A stretch of DNA of 64,000 nucleotides, taken from assembly GCA_965112155.1 (NCBI GenBank), contig OZ218109.1. One strand, written 5' to 3'. Of the stretch, positions 1-12,413 are shown piece by piece. The notes beneath the pieces are model-generated. The model saw only the letters and a program-made list of their open reading frames with translations. It did no database searches and was not told the DNA's origin. Origin of the DNA: Podarcis liolepis (lineage: Eukaryota). Each line of letters opens with the position of its first letter. Within the stretch, counting starts at the first letter, position 1. Both the position numbers and the translations under genes were made by a program.

Positions 1-759
1 GTATACATCATACACTTCATAGTCCGATACAGTGATTTTTGCGCGCGCGCACACACATCCTGAGTCTGTGTCCCCGGTAGGGACCAGTTTTGTCACCTCT
101 GACTTTGCAGTAGTTTAAGGTGCTAATGACTGACACCTGGCCTGACCTCTAGATAAGGACAAGGCTGCCATTTTAACACCATGAATACCCGATCTATGGC
201 CATTTCCCTTTGGTCAAAAGCTGTGGTTACAGCCATATAAATAGGTGCATTTGAAAACTATACCGATCACCAGCTCCTGTTAGATCAAGCCTAGCCAGGG
301 TGACACTACACACAAGGAAGAAACCTTCTGTCTATCTCTTCCCAGGTGAATGAATTAATGCATACACTAATGGGCCTCATACAGTTGGTTCCTTTTCCAA
401 TGCAGCGCATCTATGGAGCCATTTTCAGAATAGTCTTCCTATTGGCTCTTTGAGAATATGGCTCTATTAAGCCTCCATGCCTCATTTGCTGTTGAATACC
501 ATTGGCAGGATTGTAGCTGTTTTGAAAGAACTCTTGAGTAATCTGTATGTAGTTCTTCAGATAGCACGCCTATCATGATGGGATTCGGAGCTCATGTTTG
601 TGTAAATATCACAATAAGTTAAAATAGTTTCCATGCTTTATCTTAATTTAGCAATGGCAGAGATAAAAATAGACCTAAAAACTAGCTCTCCCGTGATTGT
701 CTCATGACACTACAAAAGTTTATTTAAGTAGCATGTTATGCCACAGATAAAAGGCAAAA

Positions 760-1145
760 CGTTCTCATAACACCAGAATTCATGGACATTCTATGAAGCT
801 AAATATTAAAATATTCAGAACAGATAAAAGATAGTACTTCTTCATGCAGCTCATAATTTAAACTATGGAACTCCCTCCGGAGGCAGTGATGGCCACCAAG
901 TTGGATGACTTTAAAAGGTGGTTAGACAATATCAGTGGCTACTAGTCAGAAGCAATGTGTTTCCGAATACCAGTTAATAGAAACCACAGGAGAGGAGATT
1001 GCTGTTCTGCTTCGGTCCTACTTACGGGTCTCCCATGGGCATCTGGTTGGCCACTGTGAAGACAGAAAGTTGAACTAAATAATAAATAAAATTATAACTA
1101 AAATGAACCATTGGTCTGATCCATCAGGCTCTTCTTATGCTCTTA
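760..1145 (+). mobile_element. Old CR1-like LINE 3' end
   Basis: Degenerate FRTDKR.YFF...LWNSLP coding trace followed by a CR1-type 3' UTR. Confidence 0.5.
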
Positions 1146-2081
1146 TCCTGGCCACTTGTTATAGAACAGTTTAGGATAATATTCTATAGGACTGAATGCA
1201 TGTAAGAAGAGCATGTTAATGGCATAGAAGTTCATCAGAATTTTTGGCTGTCGTCAATGAATCACAATAAAAAGTATTCACTTGCATTAAAACCATCCTT
1301 TAAAACCATGCCATTAAAAACTTCCTTTTGATTGGGTTGAAACTTGCTCTGACTTCATTTTCTGACACCAACAGATTCTACAAAATCAAGCTGTCAAACC
1401 AAAGCTTTTAAAAATGCTGTGCAATCATTTGTTTGCAAATTTAGTCTGAATCTAGAACATAAAATCAAGTCCATCTTATGCAAGTTTATATTTACTCTGA
1501 TCCCACAGAAGGGAAAACAGAATCATAGATGAACATGAGAGGGATGTAGTAAAAGAAGTTGTTGGACTTGCATTCCTTGAGCAAAGTAATCACTCTTTTA
1601 ATTATTAGGCTATGAATGAACCAGGAATGAACAATGGACTCATCATACTGTTAATGTTGTTTTAGATGAGTTAATAAATTGTTCTAGAGAAAGAGTGCTG
1701 TCCTGTGAAAATTGGAACATGGATTCTAATTAATTAATAGAAACTTTGCTTTCAGTGGACAAAATATCAGGCTCTCAAGGTTACAGAACTCAACACAAGC
1801 TTTCATTTGACCTTTTTCGTTTTCACACAAAAGAACTAAAGACTCAGAAAGATGCAAGAAAATCTGCTACCAAGCTAAGGGTCACCACATGTTATGCAAT
1901 GACAATTGTTTATTTTGTTAATGTGATAATTGCTTTACTGTGCAACATGAGTTACTGAAGTTCCTGGTTTGAAATGTATAGCACTAAACAATGCTCACAA
2001 ACAGCAGATGAAATAGCAAAGCTGTGTCTGGACTGGAGAGAAGACTAAATACCGGTAATCTGGCCCAAGGTGACTGTAGAC

Positions 2082-2267
2082 CTGGGGTTGTCAACCTGGT
2101 CCCTACAGCCCACTAGTGGGCGTTTCAGTATTCTAGGTGGGCAGTAGGGGGTTCTATGGCACAAGCCGAATCCTCCTTCCATCGAGCACTGGTGGGCGGT
2201 AAGGAAGTTTTACCATCAAGAAAGATGCATTAGTGGGCGGTAGGTACAAAAAGGTTGACTACCCCTG
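2082..2267. mobile_element. hAT MITE (C(A/T)GGGGTTGTCAACC...GGTTGACTACCCCTG)
   Basis: TIRs plus 8-bp TSD CTGTAGAC; near-identical copy at 2999-3184. Confidence 0.9.
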
Positions 2268-2998
2268 CTGTAGACAGATTGAATGAGTGAGTGGTACTTT
2301 CAAAGCATGTCATATCTTTCTTGAAAATATCCATGATACTAAGATACCACATCTCTCTCTTTGCTCATAGATGCACCAATGTTCATCTGTCAACTGTGAT
2401 TAAAATGGCTTTGTCACATACAGCTATATCACAGACAGTGCCTGGAGAACTTCAAAAAATATTAATTATTCCAAGCATCGCAATTGTATGCTAGCTGTTT
2501 TATCATTACACATAGAGAAGGCTTTTGATTGACTGGAGGAGCTTTCCCCCTTTACTTCCTTCTGTACTTAAAAACCAACAATTTTAGCTAACTTTCTGAT
2601 TTGACAAGGAACTTGCTAGGTGCTTTCTTCTTCCCTGGCTCTCCATTCTGTCCACTGAACCTTTTGTAAAAGGAACACAGAAGGCTGCCTTATGCTGAAT
2701 CAGACCATTGGTCTAGCTGACACAGTATTATTGACGCTGGCAGTGGCTTTCCAATATTTCAGACATTCCTGTTTCTTCCTGGAGATGCTAGCGATTGAAT
2801 GTGAGATCTTTTGCATAAAAAGCATGTGCTTATTGCTTGTTTGTTTTACAAATTTTCAGTCTATGAGAACTGAATCCACACTTCACATTGTAGGCATCAA
2901 ATGAATAAGAACTTTGCTTTCCTGATAATACAAAGGAGAGAAGGAATAATTGTCACACACAAAAACCCTGGTCACCTGTCCCCACCCTTTCTCTAAGC

Positions 2999-3184
2999 CA
3001 GGGGTTGTCAACCTGGTCCCTACATCCCACTAGTGGGCGTTTCAGGGTTCTAGGTGGGCGGTAGGGGGTTCTATGGCACAAGCTGAATCCTCCTTCCATC
3101 GAGCACTGGTGGGCAGTAAGGAAATTTTACCATCAAGAAAGATGCATTATTGGACAGTAGGTATAAAAAGGTTGACTACCCCTG
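2999..3184. mobile_element. hAT MITE, second copy of the 2082-2267 family
   Basis: TIRs plus TSD CTCTAAGC (2991-2998, 3185-3192). Confidence 0.9.
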
Positions 3185-3192
3185 CTCTAAGC

Positions 3193-3330
3193 CAGGCATA
3201 GGCAAACTCCAGACCTCCAGATGTTTTGGAACTACAACTCCCATCATCCATGGCTAACAGGACCAGTGGTCAGGGATGATGGGAACTGTAGTCTCAAAAC
3301 ATCTGCAGGGCCGGAGTTTGCCTATGTCTG
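3193..3330. mobile_element. Hairpin hAT MITE (CAGGCATAGGCAAACTC...GAGTTTGCCTATG(T/C)CTG, URR1-like)
   Basis: Long internal inverted repeat; TSD CTCTAAGC (3185-3192, 3331-3338). Confidence 0.88.
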
Positions 3331-6169
3331 CTCTAAGCCATGCAATCATGTATCTCCTGCTAGTTCTATTCAAATGCACAAGGGTAGTTAGGATCTCTGC
3401 CTGGAAAATGCGGCATACCTGAATGTGGGTTTTATTGATCAGAAAGAACCAGGGGGCATGAAAGGGTATTTAAAAGCTGGGTTGACCTTGCAGTTTTGTC
3501 CCCTCGCACCATCTCCAGACTAGATCTTCCCAGGTCTAATAGTTAATTGGGCACCCACAGTTTCCCCCTTTTCTGGGGCTGAAAGCGACCTTAGAAAAAG
3601 GGGTGGTGGCAGAAACTATTAGACAGGGAAGCACCGCAAGGCTTGTGTGCAGCAGTGGTGCCAAGAAGGGAGGGGGAGACACTCATGAGCACTCCTGCTT
3701 TTCTAAAATAATCAGCTGCAGTTAGCTAAATAATCTCCAGCAAAATTACTATTCTGTGTGATGTCACAAGCAGACCTAAAATATCCCTGTCACTTGCGTA
3801 GAGCAGCTTAAGGAGATTAGGAAACTACTGTTTTAATAATGAACTCAAATGCATTTAACTTCGATAAACATTTTGGTTAGAACTTTCACTGACCTCATCT
3901 GCACATAACCCTAAGCCAATTCGTGGCTTAGCATGAACGTGCAAATGTGAAGGCTCCTAATGAGAAGGTTGAAACTGCTTTGCTCCTGCTCCAGTCGTTC
4001 TGCTGAGCCATGGTTTGACTTAGTGTGCCTTCCAAACCCAAGGCCCTGGTTTAGCTCTCCAAGACAAACCATGCAGCCAAGATTCACCTCATAGTTTTCC
4101 CAGCTTGTGGTTTGCCTGGTAGATCTAAACCACAAGCCTGGGTTTGGAAGACACACTAAGCCAAACCACTGCTTAGCTCAACACAGCACAGCAGCAGAAT
4201 GACGGAAAGGGGAGCGAAACATGTGTGATCTCTCTGGGTAGCCCGCAAGTTTGCTTATTCATGGTTTGACTTAGCATTACGCATGAAATGGGTCATTGTG
4301 AAGCTGAACAAAAAAAAAAAAAAATCCCACTCTTCCCATATCCTTCTCTCATCTTGGACCCATATCTGTAGATTCAATGGGTCAATCAAACAGCATATTT
4401 AACTCCACTAAATTTTGGATAACAATCCCAATGTCTTTTTAGCGGACGGTGCAAAAATTGAACAAACATAGCTTTCATCTTTGCAAAAAATGAGTAGCGT
4501 TTCCCTCTGTTCCCCCTAACTATCCAAGTATATTTTCATCAGCTACACACGTGATTGGAAGGGCTTGGAACGTCTTAGTAGCACACCACATTTTCCACAC
4601 TTGCCAAACTTCAAACTAATTATACATTACATTTCTCTGAAAAATGTCAAAATATGCAACTACAATGCTGCTATCATCTTTGATCCCTACCTCTGATACG
4701 CCTACTTTACTTGAGCTGCTTCTGACTTCCAGATCATGATAAGACTCGTGTGTAAAGGCCACGCTGGCTGAACCAACTCTAGATCATCCAGAAGAAACTT
4801 GGAGAAACTGGTCTTAAAATTTTGTATATTGTGACCATGTTTCAGATTTCAAAAGATTTCTGTGTTCATTTGCTTCATTAATGCAGGATTTAAGACTAGT
4901 ATTTTCTGTAAAATAGTCTTTTCATCTATCTTATGCTGTTCATTGTCATGGCTTGTATGGAGATTGGTAGCAAAATGGCACATACTGTATTTTTCTTTCA
5001 ATAGGGATCTGTTTAGATTTTGGTGGTCTCCATAAAACAAGTTTACTTATTTAACTTGGAGGGGAGAAGGAGACAAAAATAGTTTGCCTGTGCCTGTAGT
5101 TGACTCAAACGTGCAAAAGTCTGTAATTGCCTACAGCGTCTACACAAACATCTCGTTATTCCTTTTGAGTCAATGATCCCTTTTGTTTAGTGAAGGTTCA
5201 TGCAACAGTTACATTCTAATTATGATCCATTATGACTAATTAAATATTGAAAATTAGATGAAACTTACATAAATTATCAAGTGCTGTCCTGCAACAAGAC
5301 AGAAGGGTGGCACCAATAGAGCAGAACCATGAGAAAAATCAAAATGGTCCAAACCAATATTTATGGAGGAATCTCAATGCATTTTTGTTCTTTAGCTATT
5401 CCCCAAGGGAATATTTTTTTCTACAAAGATGACCCTATTGTCTGGTCTTGGAGACTCTTAAGAAAAGAGTTTCTTTTTTAGTGTTCACATGCCAAGGAAG
5501 CAAATCTGTCTTTGCACAAAATATCACTTTCCTGAGATGGAACTGAAGGTTTGAAATGTGTCAGGATCCTTTCATACCTTGGTTACACCCTTTTTAGATT
5601 TTGTCCAAACATTGTCCTCAGTAAGATGCCAGAAAGCCCTCCTGGAAGTCAAGCAGGAAGAATGAACGCTGTTAGGAAGCAGGGAGAAATTACCAGATTC
5701 TTGTTCTAATGTGTGATTAACGGATGCAGAGTTTTCAGACCCTTGCCCTTTTGTTTTGTCTTTAATGGGCTGCTTCAAAAGGTCCTCTACAATTCAGCGA
5801 ATTGTTTCTTTTACTAAAAGAGTTTTCAGTCCAATCTGCAGCCTGGTACCACAATCTGAAACACACAGTGCTGCCACCCAGAGAGCCCGGGGCTCAGAGG
5901 CATCCCTTATTTCCCCCCCCCCCCAAGAAATAAGTCTTTGGTATGCATGGAAGAGAATGCCAGTATATGGGCTTCCCAGAAAGGTGGAAAACCTCTGCCC
6001 ATATGGTCCAGATCACAACCATTTCAAGCAAGGAAGAGATAGATTTCTACATGTTGCAGCCACCACATGAAATAATACTGTTTTCCATTCTACCATCTTT
6101 TGAACTCTACAACAGTATATTTCATACTGTTCACGGGGGAAACTATACCAAATGCTGCACTACGTTAAA

Positions 6170-6170
<1 letters not shown>

Positions 6171-6208
<38 letters not shown>

Positions 6209-6217
6209 GAGAGAGAG
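6171..6217. repeat. (GACA)n/(GA)n microsatellite
   Basis: Seen directly. Confidence 0.9.
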
Positions 6218-6598
6218 CAAACTGTACCAGAACCTTTCTACCTGACGGCCTAGTTCAATTGTCATTTATTTTCAACTAGTTTTTCTTTTCTTTTTGAAAG
6301 CTTTGATAGTTTTTAAAATGCATCCCCATCACAGTCTGAACTAGTGCTGTCATCCTCACCACCTCATTCTGCTGACCCCCACTGCTCCATGTGAAGGCTG
6401 TTTACTAACAGCAAACCCCACAGATCAGGCGATTTTTCACAAAACCATCACAAAAACCTTTTAAAAGAGTAGATCTGATGCATGCGAGCATAATGGCTGT
6501 TTGGCTATTTATTTTTTTATACCTCTTAATGTATTAAAAGATATATCTCTCTAAGCTGTGCACAAGAAACGAAAGCAACAACAGACAACTTAAAAATA

Positions 6599-6840
6599 CA
6601 GTGGTACCTCGGTTTTTGAACGTCTCGGAAATCGAACGTTTCAGTTTTCGAACGCCGAAAACCCGGAAGTAAATGCTTCCATTTTCGAACGCGCCTCAGA
6701 AGTCAAATAGCTTCTGCTGAGTTTTTTTCAATTTTTCTCACTTAAATTTGCAGACCGCCGTTTGCGCCTCAGTTTTCGAACGTTTTGGAATTCGAACGGT
6801 CTTCCGGAATGGATTACGTTCGAAAACCATGGTACCACTG
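6599..6840. mobile_element. Tc1/mariner (Tigger/pogo-like) MITE
   Basis: TIR CAGTGGTACC...GGTACCACTG flanked by TA; internal TTCGAAC repeats. Confidence 0.88.
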
Positions 6841-7299
6841 TATTACAAAACACAAGTTACATATAGGTCCACAGTTATATATACAGACACAGTTACATTA
6901 ATACAAAGTTTCTAATATATAAACATGAATATCAATTCATTTTCCTTCTGACACACCCTCTCTCTCAGTCTCCAGATTCTCACCCAGGGTCCAAACAGAC
7001 TCTAGCTTACCCACAAAAATCTCACAATGTGATGAGCACTTGGAAAGAGTGGACATCACTCTAGTCTCTCACTTTTGACTTGCTTTTTATGGGCAGGCCC
7101 AAGGTGAATAGCCTTCCTTAGGCTGCCTTCATGTGTCCCATTCAGCTACACTCAGTTCTAGAAGCAGCGGATTTGTTGAGTTTCCCAGGTGGTTCAAAGA
7201 ACGCAAAAAGGGGGCCCCCTCCACTCGCAGCTCTTCCTTCACCCTCTGTCATCTTCTCCTCCATCTTCTTCCATACACCATGTAGTAACAGCAACCATA

Positions 7300-7655
7300 A
7301 AGGTAAAGGGTAAAGGGACCCCTGACCATTAGGTCCAGTCATGACCGACTCTGGGGTTGCGGCGCTCATCTCGCTTTATTGGCCGACGGAGCCAGCGTAC
7401 AGCTTCCGGATCATGTGGCCAGCATGACTAAGCCGCTTCTGGCGAACCAGAGCAGCACACGGAAACGCCATTTACCTTCCCGCTGGAGCGGTACCTATTT
7501 ATCTACTTGCACTTTGATGTGCTTTTGAACTGCTGGGTTGGCAGGAGCAGGGACCGAGCAATGGGAGCTCACCCCGTCGCGGCGATTCAAACCACCGACC
7601 TTCTGATCGGCAAGTCCTAGGCTCTGTGGTTTAACCCACAGCGCCACCCGTGTCC
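7300..7655 (-). mobile_element. Sauria (Squam1-type) SINE, full length
   Basis: Reverse complement of GGACACGGGTGGCGCTGTGGGTTAAACC...GGGTCCCTTTACC; 13-bp TSD AACAGCAACCATA. Confidence 0.92.
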
Positions 7656-7942
7656 AACAGCAACCATACACAGACATTTAAAATGTCATCTGCAAAGTGG
7701 CTGTAACATGCCAGCCAGTCGCACTAGAATTACTTTAGTATGAGGCTTCAAACAGGTGGCCATATGAAACTGCCTTGTTCTGAGTTCAGCGTATTGTCTG
7801 CTGCACTGGCGTGCCTCTCCAGGGTCTCGGACAAAGGATGCTTTCCTACCTGTCCTGCCAGTGCCAGGGATGAAACCTGGGACCTTTCGCATGCGAAGCA
7901 CGTGCTTTAGTACTGACACTTTCACTTTGCACTTCACTAGCA

Positions 7943-9382
7943 CAGTGTTTCCCAACCTTTTTTGGGCAAAGGCACACTTGTTTCATGAAAAAAATCTCGA
8001 GGCACACCACCATTACAGCCCCGTGACGTCAGCGCGCAGCGTCACGCCGGGAGGGACATGAATTGCTAGCAAATTACATAATCACCTCCTTGAGGGCTGG
8101 CTCATCTTCTCCGAAGGCAGAACCCCATTAATTAACAGCACAGACTCACACCATAGCCAAGACGAGGGGGGAAAACCTCAGTCATGCACAGTCATGCACA
8201 TGTGGGGGCTAAATGAGGACGAAGACCGGGCAGAGAGCAGGGTTCAAATCACCCCACCTGGCCAGGACAATCCCTGGGTGCTCCCTTGGGCCACTCGCCT
8301 GACCCACCTCGCAGGGCTGTTGTTGCGAGGATAACATGGGGAGAACCACGCGCGCCCCCGGGAGCTCCTTGGAGGAGAAAGCGGGCGATGAATGCAATGC
8401 ACGAAATATATGAGAGGCGACCAGGTTTTGCAGGTGAGGGGCCCCCGCCAGCCTCCGCTTCCAACACCCGGCACAACGACGCTGAAGTTTCCCCCCGTGC
8501 TCGGCTCGGGGAGCAGCGCTGCTCCCCCCCCCGGCTCCCCTTCGCCCTCCCGGCTCTCTCTGCCGCCCACTGGGGACCCCCCTCACCTGCCAAGTCCGGA
8601 GCGCCGGTGAAAGTTGCATGCATGCACGCAGGGCGCCGCGTTGCCATTGCATTGCACTGCACTCCATGCAACGCCTGCACGCATGCATTGCCTTGCACGC
8701 CCGCCAAGGGGTCTCCCCGCGGTCCGATGCGTCCCCTCCGGCGCGGATGCAGCATTGCAAAAATAAAACCCCCCCGACGCAGCCCTACCTGGGGGGCAGC
8801 CTTCGCCTCCGCCGCTCCGCCTCCGTGGGGATCCCCGGGCTCCATCCTGCCGCCCGATCTCCGCGGGGGCGCAGGCAGGCTGTGCGGGGTCTGCGCGGAA
8901 GAGCCCCTGCCCGTCCGGCCGCCGCCGCTGCGCTCATTCCATGGCCGGGAGAAGAGCGCTTCAAACAAAACGTCCGGCCCGCCAGGCCACGCTGGGAAAC
9001 GTAGTTCGTGCACCCCGCGCGGGCGCGGAGCCCAAGGGCGAGGGGACTACGGATCCCGGCAGCCTCCACGCCGGGGATGGAGGGGGAGAGGCCGGGTGCA
9101 GGGATGGAGGGACGGGTGGGCGAGCGAGTGAGTGAGTGGCAGCCGCCAAGCCTTGGCCGAGAGCCAGGAAGGGCCTCCCTGGAGGAGGAGGAGGAGGAGG
9201 GAGGCGCAGAGCGGGAGGGAGGGAGGGAACCCCAGGGGTCATCTAGTGACGGCGCCCCAATCGAAAATTTGACTTTTTTTAAAAAAAAAAAATCTTTCGA
9301 TTTTTTTAATTTTTCCCGCGGCACACCAGGCAACATCTCGCGGCACACTAGTGTGCCGCGGAACAGTGGTTGGGAAACACTG
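7943..9382. mobile_element. Non-autonomous hAT (Buster/Charlie-type) DNA transposon carrying about 1.18 kb of GC-rich cargo (Pack-TIR-like)
   Basis: Perfect 15-bp TIR CAGTGTTTCCCAACC...GGTTGGGAAACACTG; perfect 8-bp TSD CACTAGCA (7935-7942, 9383-9390); subterminal GGCACAC repeats; no transposase ORF. Confidence 0.93.
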
Positions 9383-9583
9383 CACTAGCATATGACAGGC
9401 ATAGTCTTTGTTTCTAACAAGCTTTGATGGTATTAAGGAATTGGCTTTCAAATTGCAATATTGGGAACTAAAAGCACAAAAAGCAGACCCCCAAATTACC
9501 ATAGAATAACCAGGCATCAAGTCACTAAAGAAAATGCACCAGATCCCAAAGTTGGTAAGGTTCCACGGAAATTCATATTGTAC

Positions 9584-9800
9584 CAGGCACGTCCGACAGG
9601 TAGATCGTGATCTACTGGTAGATCACTGGATGTCTGTGGTAGATCACTGGCTCCCCCCCCCCAAAAAAGAGCTCAAGAACTCTAACTCCCCTAAAAAAAG
9701 CTCAGCAACTTTGACCTGAGCCCCTAAAAAACGGGGGTAGATCACTGCCAGTTTTTAACTCTGCGTAGATTGCAGTCTCCTTGGGAGTTGGCCACCCCTG
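9584..9800. mobile_element. Degraded hAT-like MITE with GTAGATC subterminal repeats
   Basis: CAGG... and ...CCCCTG ends and repeated GTAGATC; no TSD found. Confidence 0.5.
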
Positions 9801-10096
9801 GCATATGAGAAACAATAAACCCATTAAAAGAGTTACATAGATTGATTTCAATGCCCTGCAGTGTGATTAGGTTTTGTTTGTTTTGCCTTGCGAAATGAAG
9901 AGGACCCTGAGACCAAAGGCAGCTTTCTTTTCCCCAGGCTTCTTATTACCCTCAGTATTTGGGATGCAGCTGTCAGTGAGGAAGACTTGTTCTTTTAACT
10001 GAGACGTTTGTTGCTTATCTCTTTCTTCTGCTTGTTCCATCTGTCCGGCCATCTGCCTCCCAATGACCCTGGACTGCTTTCCATTCTGTATTACAG

Positions 10097-10181
10097 GTCC
10101 ACACGTTCCGAGGTCCACATTGGTGTGAATACTGTGCCAACTTCATGTGGGGACTCATTGCTCAGGGAGTCAGATGCTCAG
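10097..10181 (+). CDS. CHN2: CHN2 (beta-chimaerin) coding exon, first part of the C1 zinc finger: [28 protein letters not shown](D)
   Basis: Acceptor ttacag|GTC, donor TCAG|gtaatc, 85 bp. The translation is the chimaerin C1 domain and its phase joins the next exon. Upstream exons were not found in the window. Confidence 0.96.
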
Positions 10182-12413
10182 GTAATCTTAAAAATCTTAT
10201 TGACCAGGCCCTTAACCCCTGAAAAACAAAACTGTAAATCTCTTTCAAGGGACGATGCAGAGTGACAATGCCCACCTAAATTAGACAAAGCATTCTACAG
10301 TTTAATCATCTTCTAGAGCAATACACACACACACACTTAATAATAATGATGATGATGATGATGATAGTAACTGGTTTAAAGTGGATGTCTCCATTTCACT
10401 CAATGAAGTCAACAACTGGTGTCTCTATTTTTTTCTTTAATGAAGTTCAAAACTGGGAAAGAGTGGAACTTTTGCTATGGGAAATCCTGGCTAAAATTTG
10501 AATTCTAAGCTTAAAATATATGAGTAACTATTGAGCCTTTTGGGGGATTATAATGGACCTGATAATCCAGCAACTAAACTGCTCAACTGGACTGGACTGG
10601 ACTCCATTTCTAACCTCACTGACCTATGGTTAATGGGTACTAGTCATATTGCTATTATTGGTTGTTGGCATTTAATATATGTTAGCTACCAATTGCCAAC
10701 AGTGTTGTTAACTGTCCAGAAGAATTTAACAGTGTACGTTCTGAGCCTTTAACAGAGATTTGATATAAAGAAATAGGTAATCATAGCTTTCATGTGATGA
10801 AGTAAAAAAATATTGCCTGCTGATTCATGGGTTAGGCACCTCTGGCCCTGCAGATATTGTGGGGACTGCGACTCCTGTCCCTCTTGACTAATGGACATAT
10901 TGTCGGGGGTTGATGAAGCTTGATAGACAGCCACAGCTGAATTAGCTGGTGTAGTTCTATGAATGTGCGACCCAGAAAATAGGCACAGTTGCAATTTAAC
11001 ATGCCAGAGGGTAAGGTGAGTTAGGTGGGGAAGATCTGTTATGCCCCAGAGCTCTTGGATTTGTGGTGGGGGCATCATACTGCCATTTTATATTATGGTG
11101 CCTAAAGCTGGGTTCTTTTCTCGGTCAACCATACACAATATAATTATATGACTTAAATGACCGTTCCTTGGTATTTTCTTGTCAGTTGTCATACTTAAGC
11201 AGGTATGGGCTCTTGCCAACAACACTGTAACTTGACTCCCAACTCCCAGCAGCCCCAGCCAGCATGTCCAATCATTTTAGCCCCTATAAAGAGCTATACA
11301 CAGGTCTCTGTGGCTGAGATGTCCATGCTAAACACAGGAGACCTGTGTGACTTCAGGGTCCCTTTAAGCTCGCAGACTCCCTTTGCACAAGTAACACAAG
11401 AGGTTGAGTCGACATATAACTAATTATTCTTATAAGAACTGTACGTTTAAACATAATATGTCTGGCTGGATTTGTGTTCATTCTCTTTAAGTATTTAACC
11501 TGTGAAAAAAAGTATGTTTATTTAGTCCAAAGCTTAACGTTCTGCTTCATTAGGTTACCAATATTTAACTCTAAGCAGACAAACAAGTTTTTAACTACAC
11601 AGGAAATGTTTAGCAAGAACTAAAAAAACAAAAAACCTAAAGGGAGTATCTTAAGTACAGCTGGCTGGGTTTGTTTAGATTTCACTGAACAATACTGTAT
11701 TATGCAGATAGTTTCTGTCTGAACGAGCCCAATAAACCAAACAGATTTAGTTAAAGGCACAGAGGTCCTTTACCTGTGGGTATCAAATATTACAAGGAAA
11801 GAAACTGTTCATGTTTAGCAGTGGAGTCAAGAATACTTTATGTTGATGGCTGAAAGGGACAGTGATGATTCTGAATCACACTGTGTACTTGTGAGAGTTA
11901 ATTTTTATAAGAAGTGCAGAAGTCTAAGCCTGCCCAGAATCCCTAATCTCGGTGTTTGAAGCCCTGCTTAATGAATGAGGCAAGCTCTGGTTAGTCATTT
12001 GTACAGGTAGTTGACTCTGCACATGCATAGAGCCACACTTTTATTATTACTTCACATGTTCCAATGAAAGAGCAATAAATCCAGTTTTCTAGGAAATGAG
12101 TACAAAGGTTATCTAATAAATGACAAGCATATATTTTAAACACATATTCATTTTTTTACCGTTCTCAAGCTTCCCCAAACTAGCGCTTAATGCCAGCCAG
12201 ATGTTGCAGACTACAGCACCTGTCAGTCCAGCATGGCCAATGGGTCAGGGATGATGGTCAGATGAGAGTACATCTGGAGGGCTTTGACATGGGGTTTACC
12301 CTTCCCTACCCAGATACAACAGAAGGCTTATTTTCTCTTGGCTGGAATAGCTGGTTTCCTTGAAGCCTAATTGCACACAGGGAGATGGAGTTGGCAGCCC
12401 CCCTCTCCTAGAA

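Noticed and set aside
1-613. Possible LTR fragment on the - strand, cut by the window edge
   Set aside because: Only a TG start and general composition support it; the other end and TSD are not visible.
3225-3295. ZNF143-like ACTACAACTCCC motifs (also at ~22660 and ~43735)
   Set aside because: They are intrinsic parts of hairpin hAT MITEs, with no promoter context.
7943-9382. Native alternative CHN2 (beta1) promoter
   Set aside because: The GC-rich block is exactly bounded by TIRs and a TSD, so it is an insertion rather than an ancestral CHN2 promoter.
8209-9388. Cluster of long overlapping ORFs (183-281 aa) on both strands
   Set aside because: Low-complexity G/P/A/R translations caused by the scarcity of stop codons in GC-rich cargo. 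No domain was recognised; only a short first-exon reading on the - strand is plausible.
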